DNA of 61,018 nucleotides, filler included. It is 5 parts of 5 records of this genome, joined end to end, with 100 filler letters (N's around TTAATTAATTAA, not from the genome) between each part and the next. Parts side by side here need not be neighbours in the genome. Positions count along the whole stretch, not along the records: positions 21,004 to 42,228 come from SRR20825010_6411; positions 42,329 to 49,202 come from SRR20825010_6416; positions 49,303 to 54,912 come from SRR20825010_6418; 2 more parts are not named here. One strand, 5' to 3'. The first letter of the stretch is position 1. Every line of letters starts with the position of its first letter. Under the pieces are notes generated by a model. That model did not search any database. It worked only from the letters and a program-made list of their open reading frames with translations, and was not told the DNA's origin. Positions 40,607 to 50,654 of this stretch are shown in pieces. Made by a program: the position numbers and the translations under genes.

Positions 40607-42019
40607 ATGGATCGTATCTCTATCAACACAATCAGCCAGGTAATTCAGAGGGGGGCAACCAACCCGCTTCAGGAACTGGCTGAAGTTGCGGGGATTTCGA
40701 TTGATTCGCGCACCGCCAAAGAGAACGATCTATTCTTTGCCATTCGGGGGAAGCGATTCGATGGACATCAGTTTGTCAGCCAGGCGTTGGCGCGAGGGGC
40801 AGTCGCCTGTGTTGTGAAACGGGGAGAAGTTACCGATCCTGGTTCTCAAGTTCTGCTTGAAGTCGATGATGTCAATCTCGCGCTGTTGCAGTTTGCCCGC
40901 TGGTACCGCGAGCAGCAATCGGCACGAATCATCGGAGTCACAGGCAGTGTAGGAAAAACGACCACGCGGTCGATGATTTATACTGCATTGTCGTCCTGTC
41001 TGACCGGGATTCAAAGCCCTGCGAATTTCAATAATGAATTCGGCGTGCCCTTAAGCATCGCCGGAATCGAATCGTCTCAACAGTTTGCGGTGCTGGAACT
41101 GGCCGCGTCGCATGTGGGAGAAATTCGAGAGCTGGCTGAGATTGCACTGCCTCAGATTGGGGTGATTACCGCCATCGGTCACTCGCATCTGGAGCATTTT
41201 GGAACATTACAACAGATCGCAGAGACAAAAGGCGAATTATTCGAACAGTTGCCGGCCTCAGGTCTGGCGATCGTCTGTGGCGATGACCCGTTTGCCGACG
41301 ATCTGGCGTCCCGAACCACTGCCAGGACAGTGCGGGTTGGTCTGGGTGAAAACAATGACCTGCAGGCTGTCTCAATTGAGCAGGACCCGCAGGGAATCTC
41401 TTTTCGGGTGAACGGTCAGCAGTATCTGTTACCAGTTGTGGGGCGTCATTTTGTCAATGCTGCGTTGGCTGCGATCGCTGTGGCTCGGGAACTGGGGATT
41501 TCTGAACACGATGTCTCAGAGAGTCTGCGGAACTATTCAACTGTGCCGGGACGCTGTCATCGAATGCAGATTGGCGACTGGACTGTGATTGATGATACGT
41601 ATAACGCCAGTCCCGACTCGATGCAGGCGGCGTGCCAGGTGTTACACGACTATGTCGGAACAGGTAAACGGATCATTGTGATGGGAGACATGCTGGAACT
41701 GGGGCCGGAAACCGAACGCTATCATCGGGAGCTGGGAACCCTGGTTTCCGCAGCAGGCGTTGATCTGTTGTTTGCTTGTGGAAAGCAGGCAGAGTCGGTG
41801 TCGCAGGGCGCCCGATCTGCGGGGATGTCTCATACTAAAATAATAACTGCTGCTGATGTGGAACTGCTGGCTGAGGATGTAACGGAGCATCTTGAGCCGG
41901 GAGACGTTGTGTTAGTGAAAGGATCTCGGGGGATGCGGATGGAGCGTTTATTGCAGCATCTTCAGCAGATTGTTTCAGACAGGGAAACAGCAGGAGCAAC
42001 GAAAATATCATGTGTCTAA
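40607..42019 (+). CDS. murF: UDP-MurNAc-pentapeptide synthetase MurF
   Basis: TGSVGKTTT, NFNNEFGVP, DTYNASP, GDMLELG and VKGSRGM motifs. Confidence 0.95.
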   Translation: MDRISINTISQVIQRGATNPLQELAEVAGISIDSRTAKENDLFFAIRGKRFDGHQFVSQALARGAVACVVKRGEVTDPGSQVLLEVDDVNLALLQFARWYREQQSARIIGVTGSVGKTTTRSMIYTALSSCLTGIQSPANFNNEFGVPLSIAGIESSQQFAVLELAASHVGEIRELAEIALPQIGVITAIGHSHLEHFGTLQQIAETKGELFEQLPASGLAIVCGDDPFADDLASRTTARTVRVGLGENNDLQAVSIEQDPQGISFRVNGQQYLLPVVGRHFVNAALAAIAVARELGISEHDVSESLRNYSTVPGRCHRMQIGDWTVIDDTYNASPDSMQAACQVLHDYVGTGKRIIVMGDMLELGPETERYHRELGTLVSAAGVDLLFACGKQAESVSQGARSAGMSHTKIITAADVELLAEDVTEHLEPGDVVLVKGSRGMRMERLLQHLQQIVSDRETAGATKISCV

Positions 42020-42228
42020 ACTTGTGATTTCACCATATGCTTCGGGTTTGCGGGAATCCAGAGCGCGTCCGCTTCGGCGGACAAATCAGCGTCGGAAATT
42101 GTGATTACTTGGGTCGATCACTCCTCAGCTGTATTATGGTGAAATCATTTCCGGACGTCGGGATTGGGGTCTCGGCGTCCGGTACCTTCATTTTGTAGTG
42201 TTAGACTGTGTCCAGTTTTACTGTAGCG

Positions 42229-42328
42229 NNNNNNNNNNNNNNNNNNNNNNNNNNNNNNNNNNNNNNNNNNNNTTAATTAATTAANNNNNNNNNNNNNNNN
42301 NNNNNNNNNNNNNNNNNNNNNNNNNNNN
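42229..42328. other. Artificial contig spacer
   Basis: 44 N + TTAATTAATTAA + 44 N. Confidence 0.99.
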
Positions 42329-42382
42329 TGTGTTTTCGACCAGCCAGACGGCGGTCGCTTTGGGCATGAGGGGCTGAATCAT
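42329..42382 (-). CDS. DUF1013 (TrcR-like) protein, N-terminal fragment
   Basis: MIQPLMPKATAVWLVENT; not in the ORF track; cut by the contig edge. Confidence 0.8.
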
Positions 42383-42534
42383 ATGGGTTCCTCTGATCCA
42401 CCCGGGGCCACCGGATGAACCCTTGTCTCGTCAATGAGATTGGGTATGGCCGTTATATAAGGTGAAAACGGACCATAGGGAAGGAGAATCCCCAATCCGC
42501 TGCCGATCCCGGCTCTGCCAGCGCCTTATGGGGC

Positions 42535-43530
42535 CTAAAGAGTGAGGATGATCTTGCCGATATGGCTACTTTTTTCCATAAGCGTGTGCGCTTTGGCAGC
42601 TTCGTCCAGCGGGAAGGTCGCGTCGATCAGGGGTTTGACGCGGCCGGTTGTGAGCAGGGGCCAGACCTTTTCGAGCAAGGCCGCAGCAATCGCGGCTTTT
42701 TCCTCAACAGAGCGGGGGCGAAGGGTCGAGCCGGTCAGGGTCAGGCGTTTCAGCATGACCGGCATGAAATTCACTTCGGCCTTGAAGCCGTTCAGGAAGG
42801 CGATGGAGACAATGCGTCCGTCGCGGGCAGCGCATTGGATGTTCCGGTCGATATAATCGCCACCCACCATGTCGAGAATGACATCGACGCCCTGCTTGTC
42901 GGTCAGGTCGGCAATACGGGCGACGAAATCTTCTTCACGGTAATTGATGGCGGCATCTGCGCCCAGTTCCAGACAGGCGTCGCATTTTTCTTGGGAGCCT
43001 GCGGTTGCAAAGACGCGGGCGCCGAAAGCCTTGGCAAGCTGGATGGCCGTTGTGCCGATGCCGCTGGAGCCGCCATGCACCAGAAATGTCTCGCCGCTTT
43101 TCAACGCGCCGCGCTCGAACACATTGGTCCAGACGGTGAAAAAGGTTTCCGGCAGGCCTGCCGCCTCGATGGCGTTAAAGCCGTTGGGGATTGGCAGGGC
43201 ATGGCTTTCATGCGCCAGGCAATATTCGGCATAGCCACCGCCGCCGACCAGGGCGCAGACATGATCACCGAGTTTCCATTTGGTCACGTTGCTGCCGATT
43301 GCGGCGACGGTGCCGGCGACTTCCAGTCCGGGTGTGTCGGGAGAACCGGGGGGTGCGGGGTAGAGGCCCATGCGCTGGATCGTGTCGGGCCGGTTGACGC
43401 CTGCGGCTTCGACATGGATCAGGATTTCGCCTGCGGCGGGGTGCGGGGTCGCGATTGTGGTCGGTTGCAAGACGTCCGGACCGCCGGGCTTTGTGATGGC
43501 AATGGCTCTCATTGTGTCGGGCAGGGTCAC
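42535..43530 (-). CDS. NAD(P)H-quinone oxidoreductase, PIG3 family
   Basis: AAGVNRPD, PGLE, HGGSSGIG, GSTLR and HIGKI motifs. Confidence 0.93.
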   Translation of the reverse strand: MTLPDTMRAIAITKPGGPDVLQPTTIATPHPAAGEILIHVEAAGVNRPDTIQRMGLYPAPPGSPDTPGLEVAGTVAAIGSNVTKWKLGDHVCALVGGGGYAEYCLAHESHALPIPNGFNAIEAAGLPETFFTVWTNVFERGALKSGETFLVHGGSSGIGTTAIQLAKAFGARVFATAGSQEKCDACLELGADAAINYREEDFVARIADLTDKQGVDVILDMVGGDYIDRNIQCAARDGRIVSIAFLNGFKAEVNFMPVMLKRLTLTGSTLRPRSVEEKAAIAAALLEKVWPLLTTGRVKPLIDATFPLDEAAKAHTLMEKSSHIGKIILTL

Positions 43531-43659
43531 GATGCATCACCTCTTGCTAAAAACTGTTGGGTCAAGGTCTAGCGCCGTGTGGCAAGTCCCGCAACAATGC
43601 GCTCAAGGCACCCAGCCTTGGGGGTGGTTCGTGCGAATGCCTGTCGGGAGGATATGTGG

Positions 43660-43860
43660 ATGGCAAGTGATGATCTGGAGCCGCGCAAAAGGCGCGGAGA
43701 GGCGCTGGCAGCGCTGGCGCGCGAGGATCTGGATTTATTGGGTGTGGAGGAGCTGAACGACCGAATCACAGCCCTCGAAGCGGAAATAATGCGCATTCAG
43801 GCCCAGATTGAAAAAAAACAAGGGACGAGATCGGCGGCTGAAGCACTTTTCAAAAAATAG
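43660..43860 (+). CDS. DUF1192 protein
   Basis: EDLDLLGVEELNDRITALEAEI...RSAAEALFK. Confidence 0.85.
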   Translation: MASDDLEPRKRRGEALAALAREDLDLLGVEELNDRITALEAEIMRIQAQIEKKQGTRSAAEALFKK

Positions 43861-43963
43861 GGTGCGAATCGCTAAGTTGCTCAATTCATGTCATTTTTAC
43901 GTTCATATTTGTGAAATTTAGGGTGCGGTCCCTAATCTGAGAAGATGTCAGTTTGTACGCGGA

Positions 43964-43978
43964 TTAATCGTTTGGTAA
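43964..43978 (+). promoter_or_regulatory. CtrA-box-like site
   Basis: TTAA-N7-GTAA (one mismatch to TTAA-N7-TTAA), upstream of the sRNA and rcdA. Confidence 0.4.
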
Positions 43979-44004
43979 TTATGTAACCGCTAGGGTGACC
44001 TTGC

Positions 44005-44101
44005 GTAATCCAGTGTTCCTGGATTTGAGTGGTTCCTATCCACTCTGTTTGACGCCTCCCTGTTAGAACTGAGCCGCGAGCATTCTCGCGGCTCTTTTTT
44101 T
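44005..44101 (+). ncRNA. Alphaproteobacterial trans-acting sRNA candidate (possibly BjrC1505 family)
   Basis: Hairpins AATCCAG/CTGGATT and GAGTGG/CCACTC, single-stranded GCCTCCC, terminator GAGCCGCGAG-catt-CTCGCGGCTC-T7. Confidence 0.7.
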
Positions 44102-44199
44102 ATGTCTCGTGCTATCAAGGGTGGCACTTGGCACGATAGTTGATCCTTTCAGGGCATGGTGTGCCGCCGTGGCACGAAAGTGTTCAAGGGGTTGAGTTC

Positions 44200-44748
44200 A
44201 TGAGCAGCGATAATTTTGACGGCGATGATGTGGTCTTTGCGGATGATGACGAAAATGTCTCGTTGGCTGAATTCATGTCGTCGGGTGTGTTTCAGCGCAC
44301 CTATCGCGAAGGCATGCAACTGGTTGAGGAAACATCAGCTTATCTGGATGGGCCGGGCCGTGAAGCCTCGCGCAATCTTTCACGGGATGCCTCGCTGGCC
44401 TATGCGGGCGAAAGCATGCGCCTGACAACGCGTTTGATGCAGGTGGCAGCTTGGCTTTTGGTGCGCAAGGCCGTGCATGAAGGCGAGATTACACCTGAAG
44501 AAGCACGCTCGGAGAAATACCGGCTTTCTGCCAAGGATATTGCGCGTTCGGCCCGCATGACCGGTGCTTCGGCATTGCCTGAGCGCCTTCTGGATCTGAT
44601 CGGTAAATCGGAGCGTCTTTATGCGCGTGTCGAACGTCTGGACAGCGAGCTGCGCCAGCAGCCTGAGGGTATGCCCGGTGGTCATCCGCTGGCTGACCAG
44701 ATGAGCCGCGTCGAAGCCTTTTTCCGTGAAAGTGCGACACGCTTTTAA
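44200..44748 (+). CDS. rcdA: DUF1465 / regulator of CtrA degradation RcdA
   Basis: EGMQLVEETSAYLDGPGR...ESMRLTTRLMQVAAWLL. Confidence 0.9.
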   Translation: MSSDNFDGDDVVFADDDENVSLAEFMSSGVFQRTYREGMQLVEETSAYLDGPGREASRNLSRDASLAYAGESMRLTTRLMQVAAWLLVRKAVHEGEITPEEARSEKYRLSAKDIARSARMTGASALPERLLDLIGKSERLYARVERLDSELRQQPEGMPGGHPLADQMSRVEAFFRESATRF

Positions 44749-44791
44749 GGGACACAGTGTTTCTTTATGAAACACGTGTCTGAGACTGCCC

Positions 44792-45442
44792 TTATGCCTC
44801 GCTGCGCCGGTTCAGGTTTGTGTTCCGTGCCAGCAGGGCAAAGAGCAGGGCGGCGAGTGCTGCGAGCCAGAGGGCGTTGAGGCCCATTAGCGGATAGACG
44901 GCAGCGCCCATGACGGCACCCGAAGCTAGCCCCAGCCAAAGCGCCAGATAGGGCCACCATGCGAATTTGGCGCGGCCCAGCATGGCACCGGCAAGGCGCT
45001 GGCCCATTTTCACCAATGTTCCCGTCATATAGGTGAGACCGATATGGACATCGTCATTATCGGCGAAAATGGCGTTTTCCGTGCCCATGGCGAGGGCCAC
45101 TGCAATGGCGGCAAGGTTCATATGCCCTGCCAGGCCCAAGGCCGCGGCAATGGCCAGCAATGTGGCAACGCAGATCAGAATGGCGCTGGCCCGGCGTTTT
45201 CCTGCGAAATGGCCCAATAGAGTGCCTGCCATGACGCCGAGGACGAAAACGGCGATTATTCCGCCTGCGGTGAGGGCCGAGCGCGCGCCACCTGCCAGTC
45301 CGACAGCAAACAGGGTGGTATTGCCGCTCATGAAGGAGACGAAATAGCCGCCCAGATTGAGATAGCCCACGGCATCGACAAAGCCCGCAAGGGCTGCGAG
45401 CCCTGCGGCCAGATAGGTGATGCGGCTTTCATATCGGATCAT
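44792..45442 (-). CDS. YoaK/DUF1275 membrane protein
   Basis: AGFVDA, FVSFMSGNTT and TYMTGTL motifs. Confidence 0.9.
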   Translation of the reverse strand: MIRYESRITYLAAGLAALAGFVDAVGYLNLGGYFVSFMSGNTTLFAVGLAGGARSALTAGGIIAVFVLGVMAGTLLGHFAGKRRASAILICVATLLAIAAALGLAGHMNLAAIAVALAMGTENAIFADNDDVHIGLTYMTGTLVKMGQRLAGAMLGRAKFAWWPYLALWLGLASGAVMGAAVYPLMGLNALWLAALAALLFALLARNTNLNRRSEA

Positions 45443-45527
45443 GATCTCAACCCGGCGGAGACTTATCTGAGGAAATGGCGGGACTTATAGTGTCATAGCG
45501 CGCCGTGCGGCGCAGCTTGCGGGAAAC

Positions 45528-45558
45528 AAAAAAAGCCCCGGATGGAACCGGGGCTTTT
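45528..45558 (-). terminator. Intrinsic terminator of rpmE
   Basis: AAAAAAGCCCCGG-atggaa-CCGGGGCTTTT. Confidence 0.8.
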
Positions 45559-45587
45559 GTATTTTTGGGCTGATCTGACAGCAGAAC

Positions 45588-45815
45588 TTAGTTCTGGCCA
45601 CCGAGATTGCCAAATTTCTGTTTGAAGCGGCTGACGCGGCCACCGCGGTCGAGGAGCTGTGTGCCGCCACCGGTCCATGCCGGATGGGTGGTGGGATCAA
45701 TGTCCAGGACCAGCGTGTCGCCTTCGGCGCCGTAGGTCGAGCGGGTCTGGAACGTGGTCCCGTTGGTCATGGTCACTGTGATCATGTGGTAGTCGGGATG
45801 CGTGTCTTTCTTCAT
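45588..45815 (-). CDS. rpmE: 50S ribosomal protein L31
   Basis: [10 protein letters not shown]...HPAWTGG...GGRVSRF. Confidence 0.96.
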   Translation of the reverse strand: MKKDTHPDYHMITVTMTNGTTFQTRSTYGAEGDTLVLDIDPTTHPAWTGGGTQLLDRGGRVSRFKQKFGNLGGQN

Positions 45816-46080
45816 GGCTCTAACTTCTCAGATACGGGCGAAAGATGGCTCGATGCGCGCGAAAAAACGGAGCGCTGCCTCTGAGGCGCGCCACCAGAAG
45901 GTGGGCTTATAGCCAACCCCTGAAGCTTTTGCAAGGGAGAGAGCGGAGAGAATTATCCCCTTTGCGCGGCCATGCCGCAGGGCTGGCAGGGGAGGCGGAT
46001 TGGCACTTTTGGTCCCTCGTTGCTATATGACAGGGCGTGCCGCCAATTCCCTTGTCCCTCCAAAACGAGCTGGTTCCCTT

Positions 46081-47931
46081 ATGAGCGAAGCGTCCAACCC
46101 GATTGTTGATGGCATCGACGAAGAAGCCCAGCGGCGCAAACCGGCCAAGGCTGTCGGCCCCATCGTCAAGCTGGCGCCGTTTGTGGGTCGCTATAAGGCC
46201 ATGATTGCGGCGGCTCTGGTGTCGCTGGTTCTGGCGACGCTTTCCACTCTGGCCTTTCCCATGGCAGGCGGGCGGCTGGTCGATCTGCTGCGTCGAGGCG
46301 ATGCGCTGGCGACGGGCCGGATGGTCGACCAGTATTTTCTGGTGCTGATTGCCGTGGCGCTGATGCTGGGTGTGGCGTCGGCCACGCGGTTCTATTTTGT
46401 GAGCTGGATCGGCGAGCGTGTGGTGGCGGACCTGCGCGCTGCGGTCTATGCCCATGTGCTGAAGCTCTCGCCCGCATTTTTCGAGGTGACGCGCACAGGC
46501 GAAGTGTTGTCGCGCCTGACCGCCGACACGACACTGATCAAGACGGTTGTCGGCTCGTCGGCCTCCATCGCGCTGCGCAATGTTTTTCTGTTTTTCGGTG
46601 CGGCGGCGATGATGGTCTATACGAGCCCGCATCTGTCGGGGCTTGTGCTGTTGGCTATTCCGATGATTGTGCTGCCGCTTGTGATTTTCGGGCGCTGGGT
46701 GCGTCGTCTGTCACGCGCCAGCCAGGACAGGCTCGCTGATACATCGGCTTTTGGCAGCGAGAGCCTGAATGCCATTCAGACTGTGCAGGCCTTCACGCAT
46801 GAGGATCTGGATCGCGAACATTTTTTCCAGACAGTTGAACGCAGCTTCGAGACAGCGCGTGACCGCATTACCGCGCGTGCGATCCTGACGGCGCTTGTGT
46901 TCTTTCTCGGCATGTCGAGCGTGGTCTGCGTTCTGTGGTTCGGCACCAAGGATGTGATTGCAGGCGACATGACGGGCGGGGCGCTGGCGCAGTTCATTCT
47001 TTATGCGCTTTTCGCAGCCGGTTCGCTGGCGGCTTTGTCTGAAGTCTGGGGCGATGTGCAGATGGCGGCAGGCGCGACGGAGCGTTTGATTGAGCTGATC
47101 ACGACAGAGCCTGATATTGCTGCGCCCACACATCCTGTGGCGCTGCCGCTGCCCGCGCGCGGTGCGATCACTTTCGACAAGGTGACATTTTCTTATCCCA
47201 CACGCCCGCATGTCTCGGCGCTCAACCAGTTCTCGCTGAATGTGGCGCCCGGCGAGACGGTGGCGATTGTCGGCCCGTCGGGCGCTGGCAAAAGTACGGT
47301 CTTCCAGCTTCTGATGCGCTTCTATGATCCACAGACGGGCGGCGTGAGCCTGGACGGTGTGAATGTTGCGGCGGCTGATCCAGTTGATGTGCGTCGTCGC
47401 CTTGCGCTGGTGCCGCAGGAAACGGTGGTATTCGGCATGACGATTGCCGAGAATATTCGCTATGGACGACCAGAAGCCAGCGACGAGGACGTGCGCGCGG
47501 CGGCAACGGCGGCACGTATCGACGATTTCATCACTTCGCTGCCCAAGGCCTATGACACGCAGGTGGGCGAGCGCGGTGTGACCCTGTCGGGCGGTCAGCG
47601 CCAGCGCATTGCCATTGCGCGTGCGATCCTGCGCGATGCGCCTGTGCTGCTGCTCGATGAGGCGACAAGCGCGCTTGATGCGGAGAGCGAGAAGCTTGTG
47701 CAGGCTGCTCTCGAAGGCCTTATGGAAGGCCGCACGACACTTGTCATTGCCCATCGTCTTGCCACCGTGCTGAAGGCCGACCGCATCATCGTGATGGAAG
47801 AAGGCCGGATCATCGCGCAGGGCACACATGATGAATTGATGCGGCAGGGCGGGCTTTATTCGCGTCTGGCGCGTCTCCAGTTCACCGGCGACATTCTTGG
47901 CAACGAACCAGCCAGCGTCGCGCTTCACTGA
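46081..47931 (+). CDS. ABC transporter, fused permease/ATPase (MsbA-related)
   Basis: TM domain plus [17 protein letters not shown] and LLDEAT motifs. Confidence 0.93.
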   Translation: MSEASNPIVDGIDEEAQRRKPAKAVGPIVKLAPFVGRYKAMIAAALVSLVLATLSTLAFPMAGGRLVDLLRRGDALATGRMVDQYFLVLIAVALMLGVASATRFYFVSWIGERVVADLRAAVYAHVLKLSPAFFEVTRTGEVLSRLTADTTLIKTVVGSSASIALRNVFLFFGAAAMMVYTSPHLSGLVLLAIPMIVLPLVIFGRWVRRLSRASQDRLADTSAFGSESLNAIQTVQAFTHEDLDREHFFQTVERSFETARDRITARAILTALVFFLGMSSVVCVLWFGTKDVIAGDMTGGALAQFILYALFAAGSLAALSEVWGDVQMAAGATERLIELITTEPDIAAPTHPVALPLPARGAITFDKVTFSYPTRPHVSALNQFSLNVAPGETVAIVGPSGAGKSTVFQLLMRFYDPQTGGVSLDGVNVAAADPVDVRRRLALVPQETVVFGMTIAENIRYGRPEASDEDVRAAATAARIDDFITSLPKAYDTQVGERGVTLSGGQRQRIAIARAILRDAPVLLLDEATSALDAESEKLVQAALEGLMEGRTTLVIAHRLATVLKADRIIVMEEGRIIAQGTHDELMRQGGLYSRLARLQFTGDILGNEPASVALH

Positions 47932-47964
47932 TTTCGGGCTATCGGCCTTAGGGGAAACTTGTCC

Positions 47965-49092
47965 ATGTCCAATCCGGAAACTTCATCGCGACCCATGTCC
48001 GCTCTCAAAGCATGGTCCTTTGTCGCCCTCGCCGTTGTGCTGGCGCTTATGTCGATCACCATGTGGCGGTTTCTCGCCGCTGCGGGTTATTTCACGGCGA
48101 TCAAAAAAGAAGTCACAGCCCAGTGCAGCGCCATTCCGTCGCCGCCCGGTCCGGAGGATATCGAGATTGACCGCTCGCGCGGGCTTGCTTTTGTCTCGGC
48201 CTCCGATCGTCGTCTGCTCAATAGCGGTGCGACGGCAGCGCGGGGCGGTATCTATGTGATTGACCTTACAGCACCTGTTGAACATTGGCAGTTGCGCCCT
48301 GTCACGGCGATGGAGCCTGTTGCGTTCAACCCGCATGGCATCAGCCTTTATCGCGGTTCCGATGGCATGGAGCGTCTCTTTGTCGTCAACCATCCTGCCA
48401 AGGGTCAGCACAGTGTCGATATTTTCGATGTCGCGGCTGATGGCACGCTGACGCTGGTCCGCAGTGTCACTGATCCGCTGCTTGTCTCGCCCAATGATGT
48501 TGTCGCTGTCGGACCGGAGAGCTTCTACGCCACGAATGATCACGGCACGTCCAACAGCACGAAGGCGATGATCGACGACATACTTTTGTCGCGTAATGCC
48601 AATGTTGTCTATTATGACGGTTCCAAAATGAGCCAGGCTGCCGGATTGTTGAGCTTTGCCAATGGCATCAACAAGAGTGCCGATGGCAAGACGATCTATG
48701 TGGCGGAGTCACTTGGTCTGTCGTTGCATATTTATGCGCGCGACGAGGAAACCGGGAAGCTCACACCTAAAGACTTCACGCAATTGGGCACGGGGCTCGA
48801 CAATATCGACGTGCTTGAAGATGGCGCATTGCTGATTGCGGCCCATCCCAAGATCACTTCGTTTATTTCACATGCGGGCGATGCGGCAGAGCTTTCGCCG
48901 AGCCAGGTGCTGCGCGTCGAGCTTGCGGGTGAAGGCGGTGGCGGCAAGGCGGGTACGATCTATCTCAATCTGGGGCAGGAAATTTCCGGTTCGACGGTTG
49001 CCGCCGGTTGGCGCGATCTGATGCTGATCGGCAATGCGTTTGATCCCAAGATCCTTGTCTGCGAGCAGTCGAAAGAGATCAGGGCGTATTAA
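47965..49092 (+). CDS. Paraoxonase/arylesterase-like beta-propeller lactonase
   Basis: GPEDI, FNPHGIS, VVNH, NDVVAVGP..FYATNDH, ANGI and DNI motifs; N-terminal anchor. Confidence 0.8.
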   Translation: MSNPETSSRPMSALKAWSFVALAVVLALMSITMWRFLAAAGYFTAIKKEVTAQCSAIPSPPGPEDIEIDRSRGLAFVSASDRRLLNSGATAARGGIYVIDLTAPVEHWQLRPVTAMEPVAFNPHGISLYRGSDGMERLFVVNHPAKGQHSVDIFDVAADGTLTLVRSVTDPLLVSPNDVVAVGPESFYATNDHGTSNSTKAMIDDILLSRNANVVYYDGSKMSQAAGLLSFANGINKSADGKTIYVAESLGLSLHIYARDEETGKLTPKDFTQLGTGLDNIDVLEDGALLIAAHPKITSFISHAGDAAELSPSQVLRVELAGEGGGGKAGTIYLNLGQEISGSTVAAGWRDLMLIGNAFDPKILVCEQSKEIRAY

Positions 49093-49105
49093 AGGGGGAG
49101 GAAGA

Positions 49106-49202
49106 CCCTCACCCTCAGCTCGCTCCTCCCTCTCCCAGAGGGAGAGGGGAAGAGGCGGGAAGATCATTTAGCGAAGACGTGGATACGCGGGTCAAGCCTG
49201 CG
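49106..49202. repeat. Alphaproteobacterial palindromic intergenic repeats (REP/RPE-like)
   Basis: CCCTCACCC...CCCTCTCCC-aga-GGGAGAGGG, then CGCGGGTCAAGCCTGCG at the contig end. Confidence 0.6.
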
Positions 49203-49302
49203 NNNNNNNNNNNNNNNNNNNNNNNNNNNNNNNNNNNNNNNNNNNNTTAATTAATTAANNNNNNNNNNNNNNNNNNNNNNNNNNNNNNNNNNNNNNNNNN
49301 NN
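49203..49302. other. Artificial contig spacer
   Basis: 44 N + TTAATTAATTAA + 44 N. Confidence 0.99.
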
Positions 49303-49347
49303 GGTAGGAGAACTCTGAAATGATCAAGGCAGTGGGGAGATAGCGGC

Positions 49348-50637
49348 GTGGAAGCATTACTCATTCTGGGAATCATGCTGGTACTGTTGATGCTGGGCTT
49401 TCCGATGAAGGTGCCCCTCATCACCGCAGCATTGGCGGTCCTGCTGATATTTCACCCTGATGTGACTCCTGCTGTGTTGATCCAGCAGATGATTGGCGGG
49501 ATCAAGCCTGCAGCGTTGATCGCGGTTCCCATGTTTATTTTTGCCGCGGATATCATGACGCGCGGGAACTCGGCGAATCGTCTGCTCGACCTGGTGACAG
49601 CCTTTGTCGGTCATCTGCGCGGCGGATTACCCATCGCCAGTGCCATCAGTTGTACCCTGTTTGGCGCCATGTCGGGTTCAACGCAGGCGACTGTTGTTGC
49701 GATCGGCGGACCGCTGCGTCCGCAGTTACTCAAAGCCGGTTATTCCGACTCTTTCACCACTGCTCTGATTATCAATGCCAGTGACATCGCCCTGTTGATT
49801 CCTCCCAGTATCGGCATGATTGTGTATGGCGTTGTTTCGGGAACTTCGATCGGCGAGATGTTCATTGCCGGGATCGGTCCCGGTCTGCTGGTACTGTTGA
49901 TGTTCTGCATCTACTGCTGGATTGCTTCCATTCGAATGCAAATTCCCCTGCAACCCAAAGCGGATCACGCAACACGTCGGACGGCCATCCAACGGGCATT
50001 GCTCCCTTTGGGTTTTCCACTGATCATCATTGGAGGCATTTATTCCGGTATCTTCAGCCCCACTGAAGCGGCAGCCGTTTCGGTACTTTATGCCGGCATT
50101 TTAGAAATCGTCTGTTTTCGAGATCTCTCGCTGAAAGACATTCCCGATATTGCGCTTTCGACCGGCCTGGTTACTGCCGTCGTTTTCATCCTGGTCGGCG
50201 CCGGTGCAGGATTCAGCTGGGTCATTTCGTTTGCCCAACTGCCCGATGCTCTCATTAATAACTGGCTGGGGCTGACTCCCGATTCCGGTTACTGGACGAT
50301 TATGCTGACGATTGCCATCGCCTATTTCATTGGCTGCATGTTCGTCGACCCGATTGTGGTGATCCTGATCCTGACACCCATATTCCATCCTGTGGCAGCG
50401 GCTGCCGGTATTGATCCGGTGCTGGTTGGCATTGTCGTAACGCTGCAGGTCGCGATCGGCTCGGCCACCCCGCCGTTCGGCTGCGATATTTTCACGGCGA
50501 TTGCCGTCTTTCGCCGCCCTTACCTGGAAGTCATTCGCGGCACGCCCCCCTTCATTGCTATTCTTCTGCTGGCGGGTGTCTTACTGATCGCCTTTCCCAG
50601 TATTTCTCTTTTCTTACGCGATCTGGCTTTCAACTGA
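49348..50637 (+). CDS. TRAP transporter large permease DctM (TeaC-like)
   Basis: LIAVPMF, FGAMSGS, LIPPSI, FSPTEAA and TPPFG motifs. Confidence 0.93.
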   Translation: MEALLILGIMLVLLMLGFPMKVPLITAALAVLLIFHPDVTPAVLIQQMIGGIKPAALIAVPMFIFAADIMTRGNSANRLLDLVTAFVGHLRGGLPIASAISCTLFGAMSGSTQATVVAIGGPLRPQLLKAGYSDSFTTALIINASDIALLIPPSIGMIVYGVVSGTSIGEMFIAGIGPGLLVLLMFCIYCWIASIRMQIPLQPKADHATRRTAIQRALLPLGFPLIIIGGIYSGIFSPTEAAAVSVLYAGILEIVCFRDLSLKDIPDIALSTGLVTAVVFILVGAGAGFSWVISFAQLPDALINNWLGLTPDSGYWTIMLTIAIAYFIGCMFVDPIVVILILTPIFHPVAAAAGIDPVLVGIVVTLQVAIGSATPPFGCDIFTAIAVFRRPYLEVIRGTPPFIAILLLAGVLLIAFPSISLFLRDLAFN

Positions 50638-50654
50638 TCAGACAGGTATCGAAG

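Noticed and set aside
39014-42019. Peptidoglycan genes murE/murF in a planctomycete-like contig
   Set aside because: Peptidoglycan synthesis in Planctomycetota is established, so this is not novel.
42562-47928. Long antisense ORFs (42562..43572 +, 45907..46632 -, 46711..47928 -)
   Set aside because: Shadow ORFs of high-GC genes with clear family motifs on the opposite strand.
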